DNA of 28,859 nucleotides from a virus (taxonomy: Duplodnaviria; Caudoviricetes). This document shows, piece by piece, positions 1 to 6,960 of this stretch (position 1 is the stretch's first letter; each line of letters opens with the position of its first letter). Under the pieces are notes generated by a model. That model did no database searches, had not been told where the DNA came from, and saw only the letters and a list, made by a program, of their open reading frames with translations. The stretch covers positions 1 through 28,859 of IMG/VR virus record IMGVR_UViG_3300028293_000022. One strand, written 5' to 3'. The translations under genes and the position numbers were made by a program.

Positions 1-5
1 AGTTA

Positions 6-617
6 ATGGATGAGTACATAATATCTCCCAATCTTGACAGGAGAACCAAAGAGGGTAAGCGCATGTATGAAGAGTTTCTGGAGGAAGCTACCGGAAGAAA
101 GTGCGTCAAGGGTGAAACATGGGATCAGGCTGTCGAGATGTGCGCATCTTTGAAAGCAAATAGTACTGTTGGCGATCTGTTGAACGAAGCCAAAATGGAA
201 AAGTCTATTTACTGGAAGCATGAGGCCACGGGATTGATTTGTAAAGCGCGACCTGACGTTTGGCGCGATAATATCATCTCAGATTTGAAAACAACGCTTG
301 ACGCAAGCTACAGGGGTTTCCAGCTATCGGCTTACAAGTACGGGTATTTCCTGCAAGCTGGGATGATTTACGAGGCTATGAAGAGCATTGGAGAGACTCC
401 TGTGAGCTTTGTAAATATCTGTGTGGAGAAAATGCCGCCCTATGCTGTAGCCCTGTACTTGATGGACGATGAGGCTTTGCAGTTCGGGATCGATATGTTC
501 CACTCGATTATGGAACGGATTGCAATTTGCTATCAGCGTAACGTCTGGCCTGATTACGGGATCCAGAAACTTACAATTCCCAATTACGCATCAATGGAGG
601 TTCAAGGTGAACAATAG
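6..617 (+). CDS. RecE/exonuclease VIII-like PD-(D/E)XK nuclease (DUF3799-like), probably 5'-truncated by the window edge
   Basis: Motifs DRRTKEGK, EKSIYW..TG..CKARPD, DLKTT, YGYFLQA..Y, VEKMPPY and WPDY are typical of phage ExoVIII-like nucleases. Confidence 0.85.
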   Translation: MDEYIISPNLDRRTKEGKRMYEEFLEEATGRKCVKGETWDQAVEMCASLKANSTVGDLLNEAKMEKSIYWKHEATGLICKARPDVWRDNIISDLKTTLDASYRGFQLSAYKYGYFLQAGMIYEAMKSIGETPVSFVNICVEKMPPYAVALYLMDDEALQFGIDMFHSIMERIAICYQRNVWPDYGIQKLTIPNYASMEVQGEQ

Positions 618-906
618 AAACCCTAACAAGCTCAATACTTACCCAAATTTGACATCTTGGTGCGAAAAATATCACAAGGATTCTGGTATTAAAGTGTATC
701 CCACCAACATTCCCGTTGATTTGGTATTGGAAGATTTGATGGAAAGTTTTGTGAAACTGGGATCATGGGTGGCCCTTACTGTACAAAGATTGGACAAAGC
801 CGAGTCTGAAATTGTACAAACTAATAAATTCATGCTGGAAGCCACTGAAATTATCCAAGAGCTTCTGAAAGGAAAAGAAGACAAACAGACAAAGGTGAAA
901 AAATGA
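607..906 (+). CDS. hypothetical protein with C-terminal coiled coil (GTG start at 607 preferred over 469)
   Basis: GGAGG upstream of GTG 607; overlaps the upstream stop region and forms an ATGA overlap with the next gene. Confidence 0.6.
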   Translation: MNNRNPNKLNTYPNLTSWCEKYHKDSGIKVYPTNIPVDLVLEDLMESFVKLGSWVALTVQRLDKAESEIVQTNKFMLEATEIIQELLKGKEDKQTKVKK

Positions 907-1775
907 ACAACCAATTAAGCGACACGGGATTTACCAATCCATTGACCAAATTGAACAATAATTCATTAATGCAGGTCTCTGAATCAAGAGCGGTTGCTGA
1001 AGTGCAAGCTGCTTATGTGATTGCAAAAAAGTTTCCAAGAGACGAGAATGCTGCATACATGCGCATTATAAAGGCATGTGAAAGACCTCTTTTGGCTGAG
1101 CAAGCCATGTACGCTTACCCAAGAGGCGGTCAATTAGTGACTGGGCCTTCTATTCGTTTGGCTGAAGCCTTGTCGCAAGCTTGGGGTAACATTGATTGTG
1201 GTATTCGGGAAGTGAGCCAGTCAGACGGCGTGAGTGTTGCAGAAGCTTATGCGATAGATTTGGAAACAAATACCCGGATTACAAAAACATTCCATGTTCC
1301 CCATTCGAGAGACACAAAACAGGGAAAGAAGCGTTTAACGGATTCTCGGGATATTTACGAGCTGGTTGCCAATCAGGGTTCAAGAAGGTTACGGGCTTGT
1401 ATATTGGGAATTATCCCCGGGGATGTGATTGACGCAGCGGTTGCAAGATGTGGAAAGACTTTAGAATCCAGTGACGTGCCGATGGTTGACCAAGTTAGGA
1501 AGCTTGTATCAGCATTTGATGAAATTGGTGTTAAAACAGACCATCTTGAAAAGCGGTTAGGACACAAGCTCGACGCGACAATACCACAAGAAATTGTGAC
1601 GCTGAGAGGGATTTACAAAAGCATCAAGGATGGTATGGCAGATAGAAGCCAGTTTTTTGATATTGCCAGCGTTAAAGGTGAATCGGCACGAGCCGAATTG
1701 CTGGAAGCTGTAGGCAAAAATAAAAAGGAACTGAGCAATGAAAAAGGTGAAAGTGACGAAGGAATTCCGGGATGA
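903..1775 (+). CDS. conserved phage protein, putative single-strand annealing/recombination protein partnering the exonuclease
   Basis: EVQAA..AKKFPRD, YAYPRGG..VTGPSIRLAE, WGN, DLETN and RRLRACIL motifs; sits where RecT/Erf-type genes usually sit; function is inferred. Confidence 0.55.
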   Translation: MNNQLSDTGFTNPLTKLNNNSLMQVSESRAVAEVQAAYVIAKKFPRDENAAYMRIIKACERPLLAEQAMYAYPRGGQLVTGPSIRLAEALSQAWGNIDCGIREVSQSDGVSVAEAYAIDLETNTRITKTFHVPHSRDTKQGKKRLTDSRDIYELVANQGSRRLRACILGIIPGDVIDAAVARCGKTLESSDVPMVDQVRKLVSAFDEIGVKTDHLEKRLGHKLDATIPQEIVTLRGIYKSIKDGMADRSQFFDIASVKGESARAELLEAVGKNKKELSNEKGESDEGIPG

Positions 1776-1830
1776 CTTTGCAGAAGCCATGAAAAAGATT
1801 GACGAAGCCTTGAAGAAAACCCCGCTATGA
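1738..1830 (+). CDS. possible 30-aa peptide MKKVKVTKEFRDDFAEAMKKIDEALKKTPL
   Basis: Hand-translated; AAGGA upstream; fills the gap to the terminator. Confidence 0.3.
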   Translation: MKKVKVTKEFRDDFAEAMKKIDEALKKTPL

Positions 1831-1843
1831 GCGGGGTTTGTTT
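1817..1843. terminator. probable bidirectional intrinsic terminator between convergent operons
   Basis: AAACCCCGCT-ATG-AGCGGGGTTT stem-loop with A-rich and T-rich flanks at the convergence point. Confidence 0.7.
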
Positions 1844-2391
1844 CTCCACTCCTTAGCTATTCGATAAACGCTGGCCTCTCCTATGCCAAGTTTTTTGGCA
1901 ATCCAGACTTTGGAAACGCCAGTATCTAGATACGTTTCAACCATCTCTTTGATAGAATTTGGCAATGGTTTTTGACCTTTGTATTTACCTTCTTTTTTGG
2001 CCTTTTCTATACCTTCCCTTTGACGCTCAAGCATTATCTCACGCTCAAAATCTGAAAAGGCGCACATCATATGGAGCATGAGCTTGCCATTGGCATTATC
2101 AGTATCAATTCCCATTGCAATAATTTGTAAATTAACCCCTTTTCCTTTTAGCAAATCAATGATGCGAAACAGGTCGGGCAATGAACGCGCCAACCTGTCG
2201 AGTTTTGTAACGATTAAAGTATCCCCAGACCTAACAAATCCGAGTGCTTTGTCCAAACCATCGCGCTGCTTAACGGCTGAGGCATGCTCTTGAAAAATCT
2301 TCTCGCATCCCGCAGCTTCCAAATCCCTTACTTGTGCTTCAATCCCTGCTATTTGCTCGATGGTGGACGTTCTTGCGTAGCCCACCTTCAT
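1825..2391 (-). CDS. small serine recombinase (resolvase/DNA invertase family) with C-terminal HTH
   Basis: GYARTST catalytic Ser motif, GDTLIVTKLDRLARS, FEREIMLERQREGI..AK..GKYKG, HTH (IAKKLGIGEASVYR); 188 aa like Hin/Pin/TnpR. Confidence 0.95.
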   Translation of the reverse strand: MKVGYARTSTIEQIAGIEAQVRDLEAAGCEKIFQEHASAVKQRDGLDKALGFVRSGDTLIVTKLDRLARSLPDLFRIIDLLKGKGVNLQIIAMGIDTDNANGKLMLHMMCAFSDFEREIMLERQREGIEKAKKEGKYKGQKPLPNSIKEMVETYLDTGVSKVWIAKKLGIGEASVYRIAKEWRNKPRS

Positions 2392-2401
2392 AATTTCCCC
2401 T

Positions 2402-2782
2402 TTAATTTACAGTTGGCATTGAATTGATTTTTTTTCCAAGGCTCATTAAATCGTGTGCTTGTTCTAGCATTAAATTGGCTATTATTAAACAAACATCCCC
2501 ATTTGTCATACAATCAATCTTTGAGGATTTTCTCAGATTTACTTCCTTTCCTACGGCACGACCAGATTCCAGAATTAAACGTGCACCAGTTCGCGCAATC
2601 ATTTCATCTATTGGACAATTTTCATCATACCTTTCAATGAAAGCTTTCAAAAATTCAACGGGGGAATCATTTTTGATTGCTCCCAATTTATGGATTAATT
2701 TTTCCAACATTAGTTTGAATTCTTCTGGAAAATCCTTTACTGCGCTTTCTAGTTCATCTTGACTTACTTCAATTATCTTCAT
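2402..2782 (-). CDS. hypothetical protein
   Basis: 126-aa ORF with AAGGAG RBS in the leftward operon. Confidence 0.7.
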   Translation of the reverse strand: MKIIEVSQDELESAVKDFPEEFKLMLEKLIHKLGAIKNDSPVEFLKAFIERYDENCPIDEMIARTGARLILESGRAVGKEVNLRKSSKIDCMTNGDVCLIIANLMLEQAHDLMSLGKKINSMPTVN

Positions 2783-2800
2783 TGTTTTTTTGCTCCTTGG

Positions 2801-2977
2801 TTATTCGATTGTTTTTAATTCTTCAGATTGTTGGTTTGTTATTTCATCTAAAAGAGCGACAATTTGATTGTATGCCCTAACAGAATTATCATCTTGCTTT
2901 TGATTGGAACCAATAACAGCCATAAAATTCCTGCAAACCGTCATTAATTTGTAAACCTGTTTTTCACTGATTATCAT
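2801..2977 (-). CDS. hypothetical protein (MIISEKQ..., 58 aa)
   Basis: Start trimmed to ATG 2977, which has a G-rich RBS and only a short overlap with the upstream gene. Confidence 0.6.
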   Translation of the reverse strand: MIISEKQVYKLMTVCRNFMAVIGSNQKQDDNSVRAYNQIVALLDEITNQQSEELKTIE

Positions 2978-3182
2978 AATCCGCCCCGCATTTTTTGCAT
3001 GAATGAACCTCATAATAATTACCCATATCAAGTGAAAAAATATCATGCTCACAGTGGTTATCAATCATGTATTGGATTTTTTCTATCAAAGGGTCTGGAT
3101 TAACACAGTCTTCAACCCATTGCCTTTCTTCAAAAAGGTTGGTCCAGATTCTTTTAAGTTCTTCTTTCGTGAAATCATTCAT
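2964..3182 (-). CDS. small Cys/His protein, paralogue of 3175-3402
   Basis: MNDFTKEEL...KIQYMIDNHCEH...CKKC. Confidence 0.7.
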   Translation of the reverse strand: MNDFTKEELKRIWTNLFEERQWVEDCVNPDPLIEKIQYMIDNHCEHDIFSLDMGNYYEVHSCKKCGADYDNQ

Positions 3183-3402
3183 TTAATAAATCTCTTAATA
3201 TAAATTTATTGCACTTAGAACAGTTATCAACGAATATTTCAGACTCACCTCCGCAGTCATCATGCTCACAATAGCTTTCAATCATTTCCAAAATTTTCCC
3301 CCTAAGTTCTAGGGTGGACTGTGTTTTATTTACAGGAAAAATCATATAATTAAATAATGCTGAACTAATGATTTTAAGTTCCTTTTTCGTGAAGTGTGAC
3401 AT
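3175..3402 (-). CDS. small Cys/His protein, paralogue of 2964-3182
   Basis: MSHFTKKEL...KILEMIESYCEH...CSKC. Confidence 0.7.
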   Translation of the reverse strand: MSHFTKKELKIISSALFNYMIFPVNKTQSTLELRGKILEMIESYCEHDDCGGESEIFVDNCSKCNKFILRDLLNE

Positions 3403-3405
3403 AAT

Positions 3406-3744
3406 TTATTCCCCACAAATAAGAGACTTTAGTGCTTCTTTGGCGAATCCAAGCCTGTGTTGCCCTTTATCAAGGTCAATTACCATCCGGTCTTTCCATT
3501 CCAGATACCAATCGCCAATTTGATAGCAGATAAAATCGATTTGCTCAGGCGTAAATGATCCTTGCATCTTTTTGTTTTTCTCGTATCTCTCTTTGAATCC
3601 CGGGCAGCGGTCTTCCAGTATGTCAACCGTGCTTTGCCAGTCTTGAACCAAGTCACGCTCCGCTGCGTGAGCCTGTTCAAGTTTGCAAGCTTTTTCAATC
3701 ATTTTTTTGGTTTGGTAATACCATTGGTAAAGTGTTGCGCTCAT
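3406..3744 (-). CDS. hypothetical protein
   Basis: 112-aa ORF, AAGGAGG RBS, ATGA overlap with the upstream gene. Confidence 0.7.
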   Translation of the reverse strand: MSATLYQWYYQTKKMIEKACKLEQAHAAERDLVQDWQSTVDILEDRCPGFKERYEKNKKMQGSFTPEQIDFICYQIGDWYLEWKDRMVIDLDKGQHRLGFAKEALKSLICGE

Positions 3745-3914
3745 TTTTCCTCCTTAAGTCTTTCAACAAATCTGTTCAAAGCCTCCAAAACTTGTGGTTC
3801 TAGCCCTATCTGATTATCACACTCCATTTCGTCATGATGTCCAGTGCGCAGCCAAAGCATTCCACGCTCGAAACAGGCGTAAACGCCGTCTCCCAAGTAT
3901 TCGTATTCACCCAT
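3741..3914 (-). CDS. small phage protein (57 aa, not in the ORF track)
   Basis: Hand-translated MGEYEYLGDGVYACFERGMLWLRTGHHDEMECDNQIGLEPQVLEALNRFVERLKEEK; GGAG RBS; exactly fills the gap between neighbours. Confidence 0.7.
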   Translation of the reverse strand: MGEYEYLGDGVYACFERGMLWLRTGHHDEMECDNQIGLEPQVLEALNRFVERLKEEK

Positions 3915-3918
3915 TTTA

Positions 3919-4155
3919 TTACTCCATAGAACTATGCTGTTTATCAGCGTATTGAGCTATTGCCATGTTTAAAAATTGCCTAAGTTTAACGGCTTCATGG
4001 ATAGTTAATTCAAGACAATCGAAAGGAGGGTTTTCTCCCTCCTTAAACCTCTCAAAAAATACTGCCTCACTCCCGCACGTAAACAGGTGTCCAGTTTTCT
4101 TGATTTCAGGATCGCCCGTGTACATGAAACTGCGTACCCATTTAATTAACCCCAC
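3919..4155 (-). CDS. hypothetical protein (start uncertain)
   Basis: ORF track; co-oriented with the operon. Confidence 0.5.
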   Translation of the reverse strand: MGLIKWVRSFMYTGDPEIKKTGHLFTCGSEAVFFERFKEGENPPFDCLELTIHEAVKLRQFLNMAIAQYADKQHSSME

Positions 4156-4182
4156 AACCCCACCCCACTGATAAAACGTTCA

Positions 4183-4278
4183 TTAACCCACTAAAAACCC
4201 TATCCCATAACAAAACCACCACATAAAGATAGGAAGCCAGTGAAAAGCCCAGCCTCCTGCCCCTGTGAGAGTAGTCAC
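4183..4278 (-). CDS. possible 31-aa hydrophobic membrane peptide
   Basis: Hand-translated MTTLTGAGGWAFHWLPIFMWWFCYGIGFLVG; GTGA overlap with the J-domain gene stop. Confidence 0.4.
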   Translation of the reverse strand: MTTLTGAGGWAFHWLPIFMWWFCYGIGFLVG

Positions 4279-4763
4279 GCAGCCTTTAACTTGCTGCGCT
4301 CTCTCAGCGTTACCTTTTCGCTTCCATGGCGCAACCTGATATCGTCCATACTGAAATTACCCCGCGCCTTGCTCTTGTAATCAGCCGGGCGGTAATACCA
4401 TAACGCCTTCTTAGGCGCCCACATAAAACCGGCTTCCTTCAAAAGCTCTTTGTGAGGCTTTGTATCACCATGTAACCAAACCCAACTACCGCAAACTTCA
4501 ATATCCAGGCCCAGGTGAATAATCTTGCTCAAAGATTCGGATATCTCACTGCCGTAGTCGCTGGCCTCACCGGCTGCCTGCGCTTGCCCTGATTCTTCTT
4601 TGAGGGCTTCATATGCCTGGTTCACCATTTTCATCATCTCAAGCCCGGCTGGGTTCCTGTCGGGATGATAGATACTGCAAGCCTTGCGGTAGGCTTGCTT
4701 GACGGATTCTGGCGTGTAATCGCCAGTAATCCCTAAAATATTCAGCGCGTCTGATAGTTTCAT
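4275..4763 (-). CDS. J-domain (DnaJ-like, class C) protein with an uncharacterised C-terminal domain
   Basis: ALNILG...VKQAYRKACSIYHPDRNP...MKMVNQAYEAL is a J-domain with intact HPD; GGAGG RBS before ATG 4763. Confidence 0.9.
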   Translation of the reverse strand: MKLSDALNILGITGDYTPESVKQAYRKACSIYHPDRNPAGLEMMKMVNQAYEALKEESGQAQAAGEASDYGSEISESLSKIIHLGLDIEVCGSWVWLHGDTKPHKELLKEAGFMWAPKKALWYYRPADYKSKARGNFSMDDIRLRHGSEKVTLRERSKLKAA

Positions 4764-4975
4764 GCTGCTACCTCCGCAGGCCATTTGTAGCCGAACATGT
4801 CAATCAATATGTCTCTAACTGCTTCCCGGTCAATTGAATCGCCTACAAATGGCGGCCTATTCTTTGTCCGAAAGAGAATACACAAGGCATTCCAGGCATC
4901 ATCCCGCGATACTCCCATGTCGTATATCTCACCGGGGCCGTAAAAGCTCATGACGTAATCTATGAAGTCTTTCAT
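4760..4975 (-). CDS. hypothetical protein (MKDFIDYVMSFYG..., 71 aa)
   Basis: ATGA overlaps at both ends; GAGG RBS. Confidence 0.7.
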   Translation of the reverse strand: MKDFIDYVMSFYGPGEIYDMGVSRDDAWNALCILFRTKNRPPFVGDSIDREAVRDILIDMFGYKWPAEVAA

Positions 4976-5118
4976 GCTGGAACCCTCACAACGATAAAGT
5001 ATTGCTTTTCCCATTCGTTGCTATAACAAAGCTCATCAAGCGCATCCTCGGCATCCTCACGTGTGCCAAATGTCTGTGAATAATACTCTGCGTTCTCTTT
5101 ATCAAATATTGCGTACAT
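4972..5118 (-). CDS. 48-aa acidic protein, first gene of the leftward operon (not in the ORF track)
   Basis: Hand-translated MYAIFDKENAEYYSQTFGTREDAEDALDELCYSNEWEKQYFIVVRVPA; GAGG RBS; ATGA overlap. Confidence 0.65.
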   Translation of the reverse strand: MYAIFDKENAEYYSQTFGTREDAEDALDELCYSNEWEKQYFIVVRVPA

Positions 5119-5150
5119 CGTTGTTACCTCTTTGCTAGTTAAGAGATTGC

Positions 5151-5179
5151 ATTAAAACACACCCCATTAAGTTTGTCAA
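5151..5179 (-). promoter_or_regulatory. sigma70-type promoter for the leftward early operon
   Basis: On the - strand: TTGACA (5179-5174), 17-nt spacer, TTTAAT (5156-5151), about 30 nt upstream of the first ATG. Confidence 0.7.
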
Positions 5180-5251
5180 CTACTTTCGTTAATTAATTTC
5201 ATGCATTAGGTTAGTGTGTTGACATGTCGATTCTATTGGCATAAATAGTTA

Positions 5252-5460
5252 ACGCGGATGCGCGCGCTACTATATAGGGCGACCGAGATTCAATTCCGGC
5301 ACGCGCCCGAGCCGGCAGGGGGGGACCGGGGGATCGCCGCTGGGGAGGTCATCCGGTGGGCTGTAACTTTTTCGAGTAAGCCACCAGTCGATTCCAGACC
5401 TGCGCAATATTCGAACTCAGAGGCGCGACCGGGTTGACCGGGAAGGGTAGCCCCTGTTAA
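5252..5460. other. GC-rich non-coding island with G-runs; candidate packaging/terminus or origin signal
   Basis: Clearly more GC-rich than flanks; G7, G5, G4 and G3 runs at 5318-5360; CCGGC/GCCGG hairpin at 5296-5315; lies between divergent early and late arms. Confidence 0.4.
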
Positions 5461-5512
5461 CCTGTGACCAATTCATCGTTGGCGCGATTGGTTGAAAGTA
5501 GGACAAGTATTT

Positions 5513-5523
5513 TGTGATAGGAT
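5513..5523 (+). promoter_or_regulatory. candidate extended -10 promoter inside the repeat, pointing inward (mirror copy at 28809-28819, - strand)
   Basis: TGTGaTAGGAT fits TRTGnTAnnnT; GGTGGGG RBS-like tract at the inner end of the repeat. Confidence 0.4.
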
Positions 5524-5533
5524 TAGGATTCCT

Positions 5534-5563
5534 TAAGTCTGATTATATCGATAACCAGACTTA
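5534..5563. promoter_or_regulatory. dyad in IR-L; candidate serine-recombinase crossover site or operator
   Basis: TAAGTCTGATTAT-ATCG-ATAACCAGACTTA, arms 12/13 complementary, asymmetric central TC. Confidence 0.6.
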
Positions 5564-5658
5564 TCACCGGGGTGGGGTACTTATGGACGAGGAACCCGAT
5601 GACGAATGGGATGGCGATTTGGATGAGTAAATGAATTTTCAAATCTTTGAGGTGTCAC

Positions 5659-5880
5659 TTGGATAAGAAAGAGTGGAACGAAAAAGTACACAGGTGCCCA
5701 AAAGCAGCAGAAGGCTTTGAGCCATATCACAAATGGATAGCAATCAACAAATCGATAAATCCCGGAAGTGAGTCAGTTTCAATGTTGATGTGCGGAATTT
5801 GTTTTCACGAAGTAAACATTTCAGAAGCCTTCAAACACCGAGACGTTTTCAAGACTTCACAAAATCCTGGTACTTCTTGA
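5659..5880 (+). CDS. small putative Zn-binding protein
   Basis: GAGGTG RBS then TTG at 5659; HRC...H...CGICFH. Confidence 0.55.
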   Translation: MDKKEWNEKVHRCPKAAEGFEPYHKWIAINKSINPGSESVSMLMCGICFHEVNISEAFKHRDVFKTSQNPGTS

Positions 5881-6328
5881 TTGAATCCTCTTTTTTGGCT
5901 TTTCCCTTATCGGTATTATAATATTTTTTGTAGTAATCCCATAATCCATCGATGTCAGATGCGTCAGGAATGTTACCAGGTTTACTATAATAAAAAATTC
6001 TGGTCATGGCTGTAGCAAAGTTTAAATCATAAATCATTCTTTCAAGTTCAGGAACTCGATTGCAATTAAAGTGCATACTCATTAAGGTAGCAAGTTGATT
6101 GCGATTCCGGATAAAATTTGCCCACAAATCAGAATAGGTAACAGGTTCCATTTGATAGATTCCGAGGCCCGGTCCCTTTACTTCCATAAGAAAAGTGCCG
6201 CCAAGAGATTCTGAGGCACATGTGAAAACCATTAACTCCTCGGCACCCTTCGAGTAAAGTTTGAGCTTTGATAATACTGGTTCTACAATTAAACTTCTAA
6301 ACTGGGAGCAAATAAACATATAATTCAT
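5849..6328 (-). CDS. lysozyme-like / lytic transglycosylase-family protein
   Basis: TCASESLGG (catalytic ES), GPGLGIYQMEP, ATAMTRIFY and YYKKYYNT..GK follow the lysozyme-superfamily pattern. Confidence 0.7.
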   Translation of the reverse strand: MNYMFICSQFRSLIVEPVLSKLKLYSKGAEELMVFTCASESLGGTFLMEVKGPGLGIYQMEPVTYSDLWANFIRNRNQLATLMSMHFNCNRVPELERMIYDLNFATAMTRIFYYSKPGNIPDASDIDGLWDYYKKYYNTDKGKAKKEDSIKKYQDFVKS

Positions 6329-6341
6329 CCTTAAATTAAAT

Positions 6342-6352
6342 TGTGTTATATT
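6342..6352 (+). promoter_or_regulatory. extended -10 promoter candidate for terS and the late operon
   Basis: TGTGtTATATT about 27 nt upstream of the ATG. Confidence 0.45.
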
Positions 6353-6378
6353 AAATCATATGGACAGGGATTTCATTT

Positions 6379-6960
6379 ATGACAGAGATTGATGCAAAAC
6401 GGATTTATTTGCAATTTAAAACTGGTGGCAGAAAATATAACGAAGAAATACATTGTCCCATGATACTGGAAGTAATGAACAACGAAGGCACACAGGTTGC
6501 ATTCTGCAAGAAGGCTGTTATAAGTAGTAGTGTGTTTTATGAGTGGACAAAAAAGCATAAAGTTTTTGCAGCGTGTTATGCATATGGCAAGATTCTTTCA
6601 AAGGCAAATTGGGAAGAAGAAGGAGTCAATGGTAAAGACGAGGAATTTTTTAACTTCGATCTCTGGCGTATGACGGGTGCGATGCGCTATGGTGTCGGAA
6701 AGAATCGGGTGCGATTTGGAATTGATGCGAAGGCAACACCCTACATTCAGTATCAGCAATTAGTGGAACTGGCAAACTCGGAAGAATTTAATGCTTCTGA
6801 AATTAAACAGTTGATGGAGTCGATAAACGTTGGAATCAGGGCATATGAATCCTACGAACTTCAAGGTCAGGTTTCAAAGATTCAGGAAGAAGTGAACCAG
6901 ATGGGGATCCGAAGTGCCAACAATTTTAACTCAATTGAGAAAGCTTCAAAAACAGATTAA
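6379..6960 (+). CDS. terS: terminase small subunit (N-terminal HTH type)
   Basis: GRKYNEEIHC...FC....IS...FYEW.KKH..F..CY..GK....NWEE.G resembles the HTH of phage TerS proteins. Confidence 0.65.
   Translation: MTEIDAKRIYLQFKTGGRKYNEEIHCPMILEVMNNEGTQVAFCKKAVISSSVFYEWTKKHKVFAACYAYGKILSKANWEEEGVNGKDEEFFNFDLWRMTGAMRYGVGKNRVRFGIDAKATPYIQYQQLVELANSEEFNASEIKQLMESINVGIRAYESYELQGQVSKIQEEVNQMGIRSANNFNSIEKASKTD

Larger units (their letters stand above)
5474..5579 (+). repeat. left copy of a perfect 106-bp inverted repeat (IR-L)
   Basis: Base-by-base reverse complement of 28753-28858; flanking bases mismatch on both sides. Confidence 0.97.

Noticed and set aside
469-606. Extended N-terminus of ORF 469-906
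   Set aside because: Lies inside the exonuclease gene; GTG 607 with GGAGG is the better start.
5219-5247. Rightward sigma70 promoter starting TTGACA at 5219
   Set aside because: The -10 at 17-nt spacing (TAAATA) lacks the conserved final T; the TTGACATGTCGA near-palindrome may be an operator but is unsupported.
5268-5283. TACTATATAGGGCGAC resembles the 3' end of a T7 promoter or vector sequence
   Set aside because: Lacks TAATACGACTCAC, has an extra TA, occurs once, and no phage RNA polymerase is visible.
5534-5563. Protelomerase (telRL) site or CRISPR repeat
   Set aside because: The centre is not a perfect palindrome and no protelomerase is present; only two inverted copies, with no spacers or cas genes.
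6329-6356. dif-like site (TTATATTAAAT resembles the XerD arm)
   Set aside because: The XerC arm does not match, the region is very AT-rich, and an extended -10 promoter explains it better.
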